A DNA stretch of 63,269 nt, the filler included, from Octopus bimaculoides (taxonomy: Eukaryota): the NCBI RefSeq assembly GCF_001194135.2. It is 5 parts of 5 records of this genome, joined end to end, with 100 filler letters (N's around TTAATTAATTAA, not from the genome) between each part and the next. Parts side by side here need not be neighbours in the genome. Positions count along the whole stretch, not along the records: positions 1 to 28,439 come from NC_068992.1; 4 more parts are not named here. One strand, 5' to 3'. A program made the translations under genes and the position numbers. Below are positions 13,805-27,899 of this stretch, piece after piece (positions within the stretch are counted from its first letter, which is position 1; each line of letters begins with the position of its first letter). The notes under the pieces were generated by a model, which worked only from the letters and a program-made list of their open reading frames with translations, ran no database searches and was not told the origin of the DNA.

Positions 13805-13955
13805 TTTGAAGGCACGTAGCATAATGCATAGGGTGTTGAACTGAAGATCGCAATATCGAAGTTTCGATTCCCAGGTCAGCGGTGTGTTGATTTTTTGAGT
13901 AAAACACTTTTACGCTAGTCCAGTTCATCCGGCAGTGAACATTAACCCTGCGATT
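13805..13955 (+). mobile_element. tRNA-headed SINE fragment
   Basis: A-box-like ggcacgtagcataatg, B-box gtttcgattccc, followed by ttgagtaaaacactt. Confidence 0.55.
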
Positions 13956-14374
13956 TTAAGGCGTTCCTTTAAAAGGGAGTATATGTGTGTGTGTGTGTGT
14001 GCGTGTGTGTGTGTGTGTGTGTATGTATGTAGACCACCAGCCCGATGACAGTGTGAGTGTGTATGTGTGTGTGTGTGTTAGCGTTTCCTGTATGTGCAAA
14101 TCGTGACGATAGTGTACATAAATATCATCGGACCTCCTAATTTGTTTCGGTAGTCAATGACTGAGAGGCGCGTAATGAATATGTCAATCTTCGCTACGTT
14201 ATTCGCAAGTGGTCGAACTTTAACCAGAGCCGATCACATCATTTTCAGTTAAAGTGATAAAGAATAATTGTTTTCGACAATTACTTGTAAATTATATTGA
14301 ATTTAGGATTTCATTCAACCATCTAAATTATATGATAAAAACCTTCATGTTAAAAAAAACATCCCTTGAGCTTA

Positions 14375-14580
14375 TTACAGCACTCCGTCGGTTACGACGA
14401 CGAAGGTTCCAGCTGATCCAATCAACGGAACAGCCTGCTCGTGAAATTAACGTGCAAGTGGCTGAGCACTCCACAGACACGTGTACCCTTAACGTAGTTC
14501 TCGAGGAGATTCAGCGTGACACAGAATGGGACAAGGCTGGCCCTTTGAAATACAGGTACTACAGAAATAGGAAAAAAGAC
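14375..14580 (-). mobile_element. OR-like SINE, 3' part
   Basis: Reverse-complement match to 39660-39861 (cagcctgctcgtgaaattaacgtgcaagtggctgagcactccacagacacgtgtacccttaacgtag). Confidence 0.85.
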
Positions 14581-15686
14581 TACACATCGTTCATTTTTGT
14601 AACGATACGCGCTAACTCGATAGCATGTTGCACAAAGATACATCGTTTTGAATTTTGATGTAGTAGAGTAGTTTTTGTTTTGCGCAGAAAAGAGCACTAT
14701 ATGCAAAATGCCATCGTCCCTACTCTCCGGTCACAGGTTTTGAAAATACGATTTATCGTAGCTATAACCTGAATATAGAAAGGAGAATTTTAAATGTCGT
14801 GGACTTGGTGATGATAAGCCTTATGAATGTGAGAAAAAGGTAGGCCCTTGTCTGGGAAGCAGTTGTTCGACGCTGACGCTACCAAAGGCAAACAACATCA
14901 TCGTTAAAGACGTAACATCGTTATGATCCTTTGGACGATAACTGACGTGGATTTAAGATTTGTTGTGCTTCTGTATCAAGATTTTGCTTTCTTCGTCACA
15001 TCGATTCAATTACGTATGTATGTATGTATGTATGTATGCATGTATGTGTGTGTGTATGTGTGTATGTGTGTATGTATGAATGTATATATATATGTATGCG
15101 TGTATACACACATGCACACGCGTGTATTATATAATATGAATATATGTCATACCCTCTACAACAATGTATTGTACACTTTCTTTAGTTGTTGCACGATTTC
15201 TTTGTTTTTACAAACATATATATGTACGTGCACGCACACACACACAGACTCGCACGCACACACATACACTCACACACACATATTTCTATCTATCTATTTG
15301 TATCTTTACCTATCTATCTATACATATATGTATATATGTATGTATGTGTGTATGTATGTATATATGTATGTATACACATACACATGCATGCTAATAATAT
15401 AATGTACTTTAAAAAGTGTTATGTAACTGCCACGATATACACTTCCAACTTTGTCCTGTCTGTCTTTTAGCCGCGCTCCCCTTTTCATTATCAGTCATTT
15501 TACCTCCTGCTTTCCTGCATCCCCTTATCCCCCCCCCTTTTTTTCATCCTGCATCTTACTATTCTCTCCCCCAAAATTCCACTTTGACACGTCTTCCTCT
15601 TCTTTCTCTCGTTCTTTATTTTTTTCTCTTTGTGTTTGTCTCTCTCTTTCTCAATATCCCACCATCTAGCATTTCATTCCAGTCTG

Positions 15687-15731
<45 letters not shown>

Positions 15732-17689
15732 NNNNNNNNNNNNNNNNNNNNNNNNNNNNNNNNNNNNNNNNNNNNNNNNNNNNNNNNNNNNNNNNNNNNN
15801 NNNNNNNNNNNNNNNNNNNNNNNNNNNNNNNNNNNNNNNNNNNNNNNNNNNNNNNNNNNNNNNNNNNNNNNNNNNNNNNNNNNNNNNNNNNNNNNNNNNN
15901 NNNNNNNNNNNNNNNNNNNNNNNNNNNNNNNNNNNNNNNNNNNNNNNNNNNNNNNNNNNNNNNNNNNNNNNNNNNNNNNNNNNNNNNNNNNNNNNNNNNN
16001 NNNNNNNNNNNNNNNNNNNNNNNNNNNNNNNNNNNNNNNNNNNNNNNNNNNNNNNNNNNNNNNNNNNNNNNNNNNNNNNNNNNNNNNNNNNNNNNNNNNN
16101 NNNNNNNNNNNNNNNNNNNNNNNNNNNNNNNNNNNNNNNNNNNNNNNNNNNNNNNNNNNNNNNNNNNNNNNNNNNNNNNNNNNNNNNNNNNNNNNNNNNN
16201 NNNNNNNNNNNNNNNNNNNNNNNNNNNNNNNNNNNNNNNNNNNNNNNNNNNNNNNNNNNNNNNNNNNNNNNNNNNNNCACACACACACACACACACGCAC
16301 ACACCGATACACACATTCCTAGACATCAATCTTTCTAATTCTTTTTTTTTTTCATCTCCTCTACCCTATCCTTTCTCCCCTCCATACCCTCAGCCAGGCA
16401 TCTGCATTTCTATTGAAACACTTTCATGAAAAAGTTACCATCAGTCCATCCCATAATATCAGTTGTTGACAAATAACTAGATTTTCTATTTCTATTCTCG
16501 TCACACATTCGCCATATTCGTTTGACAGACATTCTCATAGAATAATTCATTCTTGCTATAATCTTTTCTATTTCTGCTGTTGTTGCTGCTGCTGCTGATG
16601 ATGATGATGTTGTTATTGCTTGTTATAGTTGCTGATGTTTTCGTACATGTTTTGCAGGCCATTTTTTCTCTCTTGTTCTTAACATATTATGATATGTTAA
16701 TATTTGTATTTCGATTGTTATTTTCTTCCTTGTCTAATTTAATTGTTATTCTATTTCGGATTTTTGCATTCGTTTTATTTGTCGCAGTTGTTTCTTTAAA
16801 ACCTTGTTTTAAAGAAAACATAAATGATATTTCAAACTGGAGACTGGCCGCCATGGGAACCTGTTCGTGATTGCTTGACTTGCTGGAAGGAAAAGCCAAA
16901 ACACCCTTAAATTATCAACCGACTGCTGCGTGTATAATTCCAGGGTTTACTGCACAGATGAAACCCGAATGAATGGTCACATTTGGAGGTTTAATCAGCA
17001 TAGGTTTAATCATCAACGAGGACACGCATGCGCATACACAAGCACTCACGATCGTCTGCTCTTTACAATTTATTTTCTGCCACGGCTTTTGTTATACTTG
17101 CTGTCAGTCTTGTTTTGTTATTTTACTCATTTTCTTGTTTAAACTTAGACCAGCCCTGGTCAAGCTGACTTATGATCTGAGACCTTCTAACCGTAATCAT
17201 CCTTTTCTGTTATTATTATATCTAGGACTACCTTATCCAATATATGTTTTGTAAGACAATGGAATGTGATTTGAGAAAGATCTTGTTGATATTCAGCAGA
17301 TTGCACGAACACTTAGCGGCATTCTTTAAGCTCTAATTTCTTTTTCTGTTGTTCATGTTATTAAAGAATAACATTGTGTGTTGTTTCGCTCAAGGTCAAC
17401 CTTGATCGAGCAAGCTTATATTCAAGGTCATTACAGACGTGACTACCCGAACTTTTTTTTATATATTTAGGGCAACGTAATAAAAGAATGCTTGAAATAG
17501 TAAGGTCTAAGTCAAAGCATTTATATAGTTGCAAAACAAATTGAACAACAGAACCTTATATCGGAAAAAAAAAAAAAACGCCGTACGTTCTTTACATTTT
17601 ATGTTAAAATAACACAGGAAGTTAAAACTGCCTTTCATAAATTGCCTTTCATAATTTCGGCAGCGATAAAATTAAGTATTTGTGGAGTA

Positions 17690-18425
17690 TTATGGTCGAT
17701 GGTATCGACGACTAATATCTGCTCCAATTTACTGGCCTTGTGCATAAATAAGAAGCTATTTTCATTGCTAAAGATGGTGGATTAGCAGAATTGTTAGATC
17801 ACCAGATGAAACGGTTTGCAGTATTTGTTCCAACTCTTCACATTCTGAGTTCGAATATTGCAAGGGTTCAACTTTATCTATCATCGCCACAAAGTTGATA
17901 AAATAATGTGCCTGTGAAGCAGTGAGATCGATGCCATCGATGAGCCAAAAACAAAATCATTATTCTTGTTACCAAGGGCAATGAGCTGGCAGAAACATTA
18001 GCACGCCAGACAGAAAAAACTTAGCGGTGTTTCGTCCGTATTTACACTCTTAGTTGAAATTCTGACCAGAGTAACTGTGGCTTTCATAATTGGATGAAAT
18101 AAACGCCAGTTGAGCATTGTTGTCGGTGTAATCGACCAGCCCCTACCCGAAAAATATCAGGGTTTGTGTCTCTAGTAAAAAAAGATTATTATTATTTTTG
18201 TTACTAAGCAGCGCGTTGGCAAAATCGTTAGTGAATCGAACAAAGTGTTTACCAGTATTTTTTTTTTCCGGTTTTACATTCGGAGTTCAAATTCCGTTGC
18301 GGTAAACTTTATTTTTTCTACTTTTGGGACCGATAAAACAAGTATAAGTCAATAACTAGGATCGATGTGACTCGACTACTCTTTCCTCCAAAATTTCAAG
18401 CGTTGTGCCTATATTAAAAAGGATT
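17690..18425 (+). mobile_element. cluster of about 3-4 SINE family B copies in tandem
   Basis: Repeated ggcagaaac-ttagc head, gagttc-aat-t B-box and gataaaata/aagtaccagt-like core at about 17760, 17980 and 18205. Confidence 0.75.
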
Positions 18426-18460
18426 ATTTATTATTATTATTATTATTGCTATTATTATTA

Positions 18461-18549
<89 letters not shown>
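18423..18549. repeat. (TAT)n microsatellite at a SINE 3' end
   Basis: Direct. Source of the poly-Leu ORF. Confidence 0.95.
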
Positions 18550-18553
<4 letters not shown>

Positions 18554-19406
18554 TTAATTTCTGTCTATGGTTTGTTCGTTGTGGCATTGTTGGGATTTTG
18601 TATTCAGGTAAACCTTCTTACATTGTGCCAAACCCCAACTTGTCCCTGGTATTGTATTCTCCCTTTTCGTTTTGTGTTCGGCCCTTTTTTGGCCAATAAA
18701 GAAAACGTTATTATTGTTGTTATGATTGTTGCTATTGCTAGAGTTGTTCTTTAACTGCATGGACAAGTCGACATAAAACATCGAACGGTGACCACCTTAA
18801 TTTTCTCCTATTAGCAAAAAAAAAAACAAAAAGAAAAACAAAACAAAACAAAAAAACGCCAATGCAGAATATTTATCCATCGTGTGCATTTTCTATGACA
18901 CTTAGGCGTGATTTGGAAGTGATTTCGCTGCAATTTCCAGCACACTGTGTGGCCATCTAGTTAACCTATTGATTTTCATTTTGTTAATGAGGATTTTTGT
19001 CGTTGTTCTTGTTGATGCTGTTGTAGTTTAGCCCCAGGTCATCCTGGCCCAGTAGACCTGTGATCAAAAGCATTCCAACTATGACCATCCCGTCAGAGAA
19101 CCCAGGACTACCATATCCTGAGGGAGGGGTTGGTTGTTATTTCAACCATTTCAAAGAAACACCGCAGAGATTCTAGTTACATTAGTTTTGTAGTAGTAAT
19201 AGCAGTGGTGGTGGTGATGGTGGCGGTCGTAGAATTTGTTGTTGTTCTTGTTGCTGGTGGTGGTGGTGGTGGTGGTGGTGGTGAGGTGTTCTGCTGTGTT
19301 GTGGTAGAAATTGGAAGTGCCACTTATAACCTGCCGCAAGAACAAGATAACATCATCTTTTACTGAATGAGTCACTCTAAGTTGTTATCCAAGTAGAGTT
19401 GTCAAC

Positions 19407-19446
<40 letters not shown>

Positions 19447-19777
19447 ATAGTAGTAGTAGTAGTAGTAGAATTCGTCGTCGTCTTCGTAGCAGTAGTGTTT
19501 GTTGTTGTTTTCGGATTTAAACGGTGTTGTTTTTGTTGTTGTCGTTGTGGTAGAGATTGAAACCGCCACTTACCTCTTCCAACAAAAACTAGACACCATC
19601 GTATTTTAGTGAATGAGTCACCGCAAGTCTTGAACTGGCCACCGGACTGAACCGAGCAGCAGCAGCAATAGTAGTATTGGTAATGGTGGCGGTTGTTTCT
19701 TCATAATCTCTTTCTCTTCGTCTTCTCACTTCCTTTTTCCTCTTCTCCTTTCCTTCTTTTCCCCCTCCTCTATCTCC

Positions 19778-19865
19778 TCCTCTCTTTCTTCCTTCTCCTC
19801 CTCTCTTTCTTCCTTCTCCTCCTCTCTTTCTTCCTTCTCCTCCTCTCTTTCTTCCTTCTCCTCTA
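19778..19865. repeat. 21-bp pyrimidine minisatellite, about 4 units (tcctcctctctttcttccttc)
   Basis: Direct. Gives the GGEGRKR repeat in the minus-strand ORF. Confidence 0.85.
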
Positions 19866-20824
19866 CCTCCCACCCTCTCCTCCTTTACCTCCTCTANNNN
19901 NNNNNNNNNNNNNNNNNNNNNNNNNNNNNNNNNNNNNNNNNNNNNNNNNNNNNNNNNNNNNNNNNNNNNNNNNNNNNNNNNNNNNNNNNNNNNNNNNNNN
20001 NNNNNNNNNNNNNNNNNNNNNNNNNNNNNNNNNNNNNNNNNNNNNNNNNNNNNNNNNNNNNNNNNNNNNNNNNNNNNNNNNNNNNNNNNNNNNNNNNNNN
20101 NNNNNNNNNNNNNNNNNNNNNNNNNNNNNNNNNNNNNNNNNNNNNNNNNNNNNNNNNNNNNNNNNNNNNNNNNNNNNNNNNNNNNNNNNNNNNNNNNNNN
20201 NNNNNNNNNNNNNNNNNNNNNNNNNNNNNNNNNNNNNNNNNNNNNNNNNNNNNNNNNNNNNNNNNNNNNNNNNNNNNNNNNNNNNNNNNNNNNNNNNNNN
20301 NNNNNNNNNNNNNNNNNNNNNNNNNNNNNNNNNNNNNNNNNNNNNNNNNNNNNNNNNNNNNNNNNNNNNNNNNNNNNNNNNNNNNNNNNNNNNNNNNNNN
20401 NNNNNNNNNNNTTTCCTCATTCAACTCTTCATGGGCAACCCTCCTCCTCCGATCCTTCTCATCCTTCCCCTCCTCCTCCCTTTCTTCCCTTTTCTCATTC
20501 AGTTTTTCATCGGCAACTCTCCTCCTCCTCCTCCTCCTCCTCCCTTTTCCTCCCTTTCCTCCTTCAGTTTTTCATCGGCATCCCTTCTCCTCCTCCTCCT
20601 CCTCCTCCCGCTTCCCCCCTTTTCTATGTCTGGATGAATAAATCTACGTCTGCACTTTTATCCTAACATTTCCAGCTGCGTAACCTTGTCACTGCCTTCA
20701 TTTCTTCTTCTCTTGTTGCTGCTGTGTTCCATCGCGCTGCTGCTGCTCCTGTTATCAATGGTCGTATTACAGCAGCTGCTCTTCGTTGCTGCAGTTGTTG
20801 TTGTTGACGACAACGACACAAGGC

Positions 20825-20858
<34 letters not shown>

Positions 20859-21391
20859 GTGATGGTGGTGGTGACGATGCTAGTGCTTTGTTGATATTTT
20901 TCTTGTTGATGCTCTTGCAGCAGTTTAGCCCATGGTTGGCCTTGATAGAAATGACCAATGATCAAACGCATCTCCAAGAGTGACCATGCCGACTCTGCAC
21001 ATTGGAAACCAAGTGCGATTTGGTGGTGGTGGAGATTTTGCTTGCTATTTCTAGCAACCGAGCGACCACTTAGAGGCTCTTCCATTTGGCACCGTCGTTG
21101 TCGTTGTTGTTGCTCTTATAAATGCTATCATTGCTGTTGTTGTTATTGTTGTTGTCGTTGTTGATGTGCTGCTGCTGCTACTGCTGCTGCTGCTGTTGAG
21201 TTACTGTTGCTGTTGTTGTTATTGTTCTTGTTGTTTCTGCCGTTGTAAGCAATTTAATGAGATGCTTGGATAAGTATTGATTGCTTTATACGCGCAGACA
21301 CACATTGGAAACACGTCCACACACACGGATAGGCACACACACACATATAAGTGTATAAAGAAATCACTATATATTTATATATAATAATATA

Positions 21392-21434
<43 letters not shown>

Positions 21435-22244
21435 NNNNNNNNNNNNNNNNNNNNNNNNNNNNNNNNNNNNNNNNNNNNNNNNNNNNNNNNNNNNNNNNNN
21501 NNNNNNNNNNNNNNNNNNNNNNNNNNNNNNNNNNNNNNNNNNNNNNNNNNNNNNNNNNNNNNNNNNNNNNNNNNNNNNNNNNNNNNNNNNNNNNNNNNNN
21601 NNNNNNNNNNNNNNNNNNNNNNNNNNNNNNNNNNNNNNNNNNNNNNNNNNNNNNNNNNNNNNNNNNNNNNNNNNNNNNCATCAATTTAAAACCAGTGGCC
21701 TAGCATATAAAAAATCTGAAAATTCATATATATATATATATATATATAAGTACATATAAATATATTAAATAAATATGATATATATAAATATAATTCATAT
21801 ATAAATCTCTCTCTCTCTGTATATATATATACTCACACACTCACACTCAGGAAAACGTACTTTTAAACAACGCTGTAGTCTTTCGGCACAACCTGCGCGA
21901 GATTGCAGTGCTGCGCATGGAACATTTTAACTTCTAACTAACAATGACCACATTACGCCACGTCACTTATCAATTTACTCGTATTGCATTCGACGCATAT
22001 CTACTGCAGCCGATGCTTTGTTACCGGTTGAAACACGAAGTGCTTAGATAAGCAACAAAAAGAGTGAAGTGAAATTGCTTTGGGGAGCGGATTATACAAT
22101 TTGAACAGAAAAAAATCCCATCCATGGTAAAGATGGTAGGAACGAAATAAAAGGAACACAGCAGAGTTTCACATTTTAGATGTTTGAGAAATTGGTTGCA
22201 AATGATGAGGAGGGCAAAACTACGTGAGGTTCATATATGTTGTT

Positions 22245-22444
22245 GTTGTTGGCACTCCGTCGCTTACGACGTCGAGGGTTCCTGGTGATCCGATCAATGG
22301 AACAGCCTGCTCGTGAAATTAACGTGCAAGTGGCTGAGCACTCCACAGACACGTGTACCCTTAACGTAGTTCTAGGGGATATTCAGCGTGACACAGAGTG
22401 TGACAAGGCTGACCCTTTGAATTACAGGCACAACAGAAACAGGA
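22245..22444 (-). mobile_element. OR-like SINE, 3' part, truncated by a gap
   Basis: Closely similar to 14375-14580 and to the reverse complement of 39660-39861. Confidence 0.88.
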
Positions 22445-23734
22445 NNNNNNNNNNNNNNNNNNNNNNNNNNNNNNNNNNNNNNNNNNNNNNNNNNNNNNNN
22501 NNNNNNNNNNNNNNNNNNNNNNNNNNNNNNNNNNNNNNNNNNNNNNNNNNNNNNNNNNNNNNNNNNNNNNNNNNNNNNNNNNNNNNNNNNNNNNNNNNNN
22601 NNNNNNNNNNNNNNNNNNNNNNNNNNNNNNNNNNNNNNNNNNNNNNNNNNNNNNNNNNNNNNNNNNNNNNNNNNNNNNNNNNNNNNNNNNNNNNNNNNNN
22701 NNNNNNNNNNNNNNNNNNNNNNNNNNNNNNNNNNNNNNNNNNNNNNNNNNNNNNNNNNNNNNNNNNNNNNNNNNNNNNNNNNNNNNNNNNNNNNNNNNNN
22801 NNNNNNNNNNNNNNNNNNNNNNNNNNNNNNNNNNNNNNNNNNNNNNNNNNNNNNNNNNNNNNNNNNNNNNNNNNNNNNNNNNNNNNNNNNNNNNNNNNNN
22901 NNNNNNNNNNNNNNNNNNNNNNNNNNNNNNNNNNGAAAAGATCCGGGTTTTAAGGATATCACGAAAGGCTTGATTGGGTGACCAAACTTCCGAGTTTTTT
23001 TAGAAAGCTTAGAAAAGCTGAAGGGAATATGTTAAATAAGATCATAATTAACTACTGCTCCTCCGGTATTTTCTCTTACCCAAAGCCAACCACTTTTCAA
23101 CAGTGCCTCGTATATATGCGTAAAATGTTTCATTTCAAGCTACCCTGAACTGGTATTCCGTTCAGGCTGAAGAAAGGAAGAAGGAAAGAAGGAAAGAAAG
23201 ATACCACCACAATCTCTGACTGATAACTCATTCATCTCAGGATATAAAATGCAAAGTCAGCGCTGTGGAGATCTGCACTTTTGGCGGAAGAAAAAGTTAA
23301 CGTGGGACATTCCATTCAGCACTGCAATGACTATCCCTACTGGACACATAAACGGAAAGCCTGAAATATTATGATAAGCAGATTGGGGATATTGCGCGTG
23401 GCACAGTTAGGGTTAATGTGGTGCAATGTTGTAATCTATTGTGCAGAAATAGGAAATGCTTGGAGTATTTCCAGTATATTTCTGCGCGAAGAGGGCGGAT
23501 GTTTATGTCTGAAGGCGATACGGAATTCCTAAATTTCTGTTACTATTCGCCGGAATTATTCTCTAAGTATTTAATCCTTTCATTTGGCACTGCATGAGAT
23601 AGGATTATGGTTAGACGTTGTTTTTGCTATTGTTGTTGTTGTTGTTGTTGCTTCTGCTGTTGTTGTTATTGTACTTGTTGTTGCTTGTTGCTGGTGTTTT
23701 TTTTTTACTGTTGATGTTAATAAAAGCGTTGAGC

Positions 23735-23880
23735 TGACAGGATCGTTAGCACGTCGGACAAAATGCTTAGCGGCATTTCGTCCGTCTTCATGTTTTGAGT
23801 TCAAATTCCACCGAGGTTGACTTTGCCTTTCATCCTTTTGGGGTTGATAAAATAAGCACCAGTTGAGCAGTCGGGGGGGG
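23735..23880 (+). mobile_element. SINE family B copy
   Basis: gagctgacaggatcgttagcacgtcggacaaaatgcttagcggcatttcgtccg...gagttcaaattcc...gataaaataagcaccagttgagca. Confidence 0.8.
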
Positions 23881-24016
23881 GGGGTCGAGGCAACTGAAGG
23901 AAATATGGTGGCAAAAGGGTTAACAATCGTCGTGATGGCAAACATAGTCATCATAACTATTACCTTCCCTGAATTACTACTACCATTATCCTTCCCTCCA
24001 TCCCGACCTCCTCCTC

Positions 24017-24018
24017 CT

Positions 24019-24064
<46 letters not shown>

Positions 24065-24160
24065 GTCATCACCATCAACACCACTACCATCATCATTATC
24101 ATCGTCGTCGCCGTCGTCATCATCATCGTCATCACCATTAACATCGCCATCATCATAAAG
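24017..24160. repeat. (CAT)n/(CGT)n trinucleotide run
   Basis: Direct. Source of the poly-His and poly-Asp ORFs. Confidence 0.9.
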
Positions 24161-26348
24161 AACAATAGTTAGTCTTCTTGATGCTGTATTACCGAAGGTG
24201 ATCGTGGTGGGTGTAGTACTGTGTGCATCGTTACAAGGCTGCTGTCGTTGTTGTTGTTGCCTACGGTTTGATTCCAACGTCACTAATTTATTGCAGTATG
24301 TGCATTGGCTGTGTTAGTTGTGACGACGTTCGTGCAGCTGTTTATCATGATGACGATTCAGTGGTTGTGGTAGTTATTGTAGAAGTTGTAGTGACTGTGT
24401 AGATAGTTGTGGTGTTTCTGCAACTGTTTATTATGATGGAGATTACAACAACGAATTGGAAGAATCGTAAGGGCGCCGGCCAAAACATCTTGCATATCTA
24501 TTCTGGATCTTTATATCCAGACTTTTAATCTCACCGTGGTCAGTCGACATTATTTTTTATCATTCTAGAGTTGTTAAAATAAGGAACCTATTCAGAAGTG
24601 GTGGCAGCGGTGGTGTTGACGGATCGGCGCAGTTGTTTGACTATTCGATGAAGCACTTTCCAGTTTTTGTTACGTCTGTACTTTCTGAGACCCCGAGCAA
24701 ACCTGAGAAATATCTTTGGCTCTAAGTCAATGAAATAGTATTTTACAAAGAACAAAAAAAAAAAGAACACAAAAAAAAAGAAAGGAAAAGAGAAAAAAGA
24801 AAAAATGCTAGAGGAAGTCAACTGTGAAACTAGATTTGCATTCTTTTATGAACATTTCATAAGAACCAATCACTTGGCAGTTATCAAGGAAGACACCAGA
24901 TTTCGTTCGTTGAACTGATAACGCAATGCAAAGAAGAAAATAGTTTGAACATAAAAGCAAAAAAGATGGTTTTGAAACACTTTCCTCACAATGAACGACA
25001 TAATTTACCTGAAGCTTAATTATGACACTTATACAATTTTAATGACCAAACAACAATCTCTTCGTTACTTGGTCATAGTTGATGTTAGCGTTGTTGTTTA
25101 ACCTCAAGCCAACTAATCCAGTATGAGCAGGTCAGTGTTTAAAAAGAATTCCATCTACGGTCACTGACTTTTCTTTCGATAAAGTGTCTTTAGAGCCACA
25201 TGTTCCAAAATGTGCCTCCATTTTAAGACTGTACGAAATTATTTCATGGAGATTGCGATCGGAGTTCGCTTGCGACGATACAAGTACCGAATTAGATAGG
25301 GTCTTGCCAAATAATGATTTCATCTACTCGTCACAAGGGTGAAGGATGAGGGGAAAATACAAAGAGCAAAGAAATACCAAAGAGGAATGTCTCTGTGCTC
25401 TTGCCATTCAGTCTTGTCAACCAAATAACCTCTTTCGCCACAGCCACCAGGCACCAGTCTTGCGTGCCCGGTTGAAGGAGGGCAGCGGTGCGATCATCAT
25501 TACAGAGTCGGCCGACAGACGGATGATGATAATGATGATGATGATGATATCAAATTTTGAGAGGAGGCTAGCAATTTCGGGGGATGGGTAAGTTGATTAC
25601 GTCGACTCCAGTGGTCAATCAGTTGACCCTTTGAGAACGGAAGTCAACCTTGGCGGAATCTGAACGAAGAATATAAGGTTGGAAAAAATGCTGCTAGACA
25701 TTTTGTCCCTGGGTGGTAATGATCATGCCAACCCGTCGCCTTAACAACAACAACCGCAACAACAACAACAACAAGGGGTCAAGACATGGAGGACAATATC
25801 AAAGGAAGATATACAACACAGGTAAGATTTACCAAAATAAGGAAACTTTCGCGTAGTTGAATGGTACTTTGACTGAAAGAACCTTTAAAATCTGACAGGT
25901 ACGTATGTGTGCATGTGTCTGTAAGTATATACTTTCGCGTACGTGGTGTATCTTTCTGTACGTCTTACGATAAGTGACTGAATAACGTAAGATGCATCGT
26001 TCATAAGGCATGGCTATTCGAGAATGTTATCTTTCAATGGAGACGTAAAGTTTAATAGAGAGAGCCAAATGCGTTGCTGAAAAGAGGATTCCTGCAATGT
26101 TGAGGCATGTTTCAACATCAATGCATATTTCAGTTGGCATCAGACAGCCATTAACGTGGATGGCACTTATGAACAATGCTGCTTCTCGTATCAATGAGCA
26201 GCTAATATTTTCCAGGAATAATCGTACTTGACGAGTCCTTGTGTGTAAGTGTATGTACGCGTGCACGCGTATACATGCATGCATACATGCATACATACAT
26301 ACATACACACATACATACACACACATACATATGTACATACATACACAT

Positions 26349-26391
<43 letters not shown>

Positions 26392-26511
26392 CACACATNN
26401 NNNNNNNNNNNNNNNNNNNNNNNNNNNNNNNNNNNNNNNNNNNNNNNNNNNACAGATAGGTATATAGATCGAGTGACAGTGATATAGATAGATAAATAGA
26501 TAAATAGATAA

Positions 26512-26576
<65 letters not shown>

Positions 26577-27314
26577 CAGAGAGTGGAAAAAATGCGTAAT
26601 TTTATTCTACGCTATATTATATTAAATAGAAAACTTCGTATGTATCCTTTAAACAAAGACTGAAAATCATGATTTGAAAGCGAATTTTAACTTTTACCCA
26701 AAGTAGAAACTCGATTAGATATTCTACTTTATATAACTCCCTTCCTCGTTTCTTAGTCCCTCTGACAACATGTGGAGATATAAACCACAAATGTTATTGA
26801 GGTCACTGAAGTGCGTAGTTGAATAACCTAAATGTAAACGTTTTCTGGTAAGTATTGTTCTCTATACAAAGGTTTATTGTATTTTCTCTAAAGTATATTT
26901 TGGTTTCAAATTGATTTAATCTCTCCATATAACCCAATCAATCAATCAATCAATATATACGTATATTTATATACATCTAATATTCAATTCTGTACATCAC
27001 ACCTTACACTGTATATACACATATGAATATACATACAATATATATGTACATATATGTATACATACATTCATACTTACATATATTCATTCATATATACATA
27101 TATTTATATACGCACAGACATGCATATATTCACACAGACAGGAGTTGGTGACCTTCAGTGTTTGCTGTGTGCATTCAGTGCATTTTGTGTATGTCTTTTC
27201 GCCCGGCTGTTTAGTACTACACGTATGTATGTATGTATGTATGTATGTATGTATGTATGTATGTATATAAGTATGTATGCATGTATATGTGTATATATAC
27301 GTTTGTGTGTATGC

Positions 27315-27345
<31 letters not shown>

Positions 27346-27899
27346 NNNNNNNNNNNNNNNNNNNNNNNNNNNNNNNNNNNNNNNNNNNNNNNNNNNNNNN
27401 NNNNNNNNNNNNNNNNNNNNNNNNNNNNNNNNNNNNNNNNNNNNNNNNNNNNNNNNNNNNNNNNNNNNNNNNNNNNNNNNNNNNNNNNNNNNNNNNNNNN
27501 NNNNNNNNNNNNNNNNNNNNNNNNNNNNNNNNNNNNNNNNNNNNNNNNNNNNNNNNNNNNNNNNNNNNNNNNNNNNNNNNNNNNNNNNNNNNNNNNNNNN
27601 NNNNNNNNNNNNNNNNNNNNNNNNNNNNNNNNNNNNNNNNNNNNNNNNNNNNNNNNNNNNNNNNNNNNNNNNNNNNNNNNNNNNNNNNNNNNNNNNNNNN
27701 NNNNNNNNNNNNNNNNNNNNNNNNNNNNNNNNNNNNNNNNNNNNNNNNNNNNNNNNNNNNNNNNNNNNNNNNNNNNNNNNNNNNNNNNNNNNNNNNNNNN
27801 NNNNNNNNNNNTTTACTTATTATATATCTGGTATCTTTGTTGTGTTTTAGATGCTTTTTCTGGACAGTCAGCGGCTCTTGAAGGCCTATGAAAGTGTAA

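Noticed and set aside
20663-21085. 140-aa Gln/Ala-rich ORF
   Set aside because: Made of trinucleotide runs flanking a SINE-like repeat fragment.
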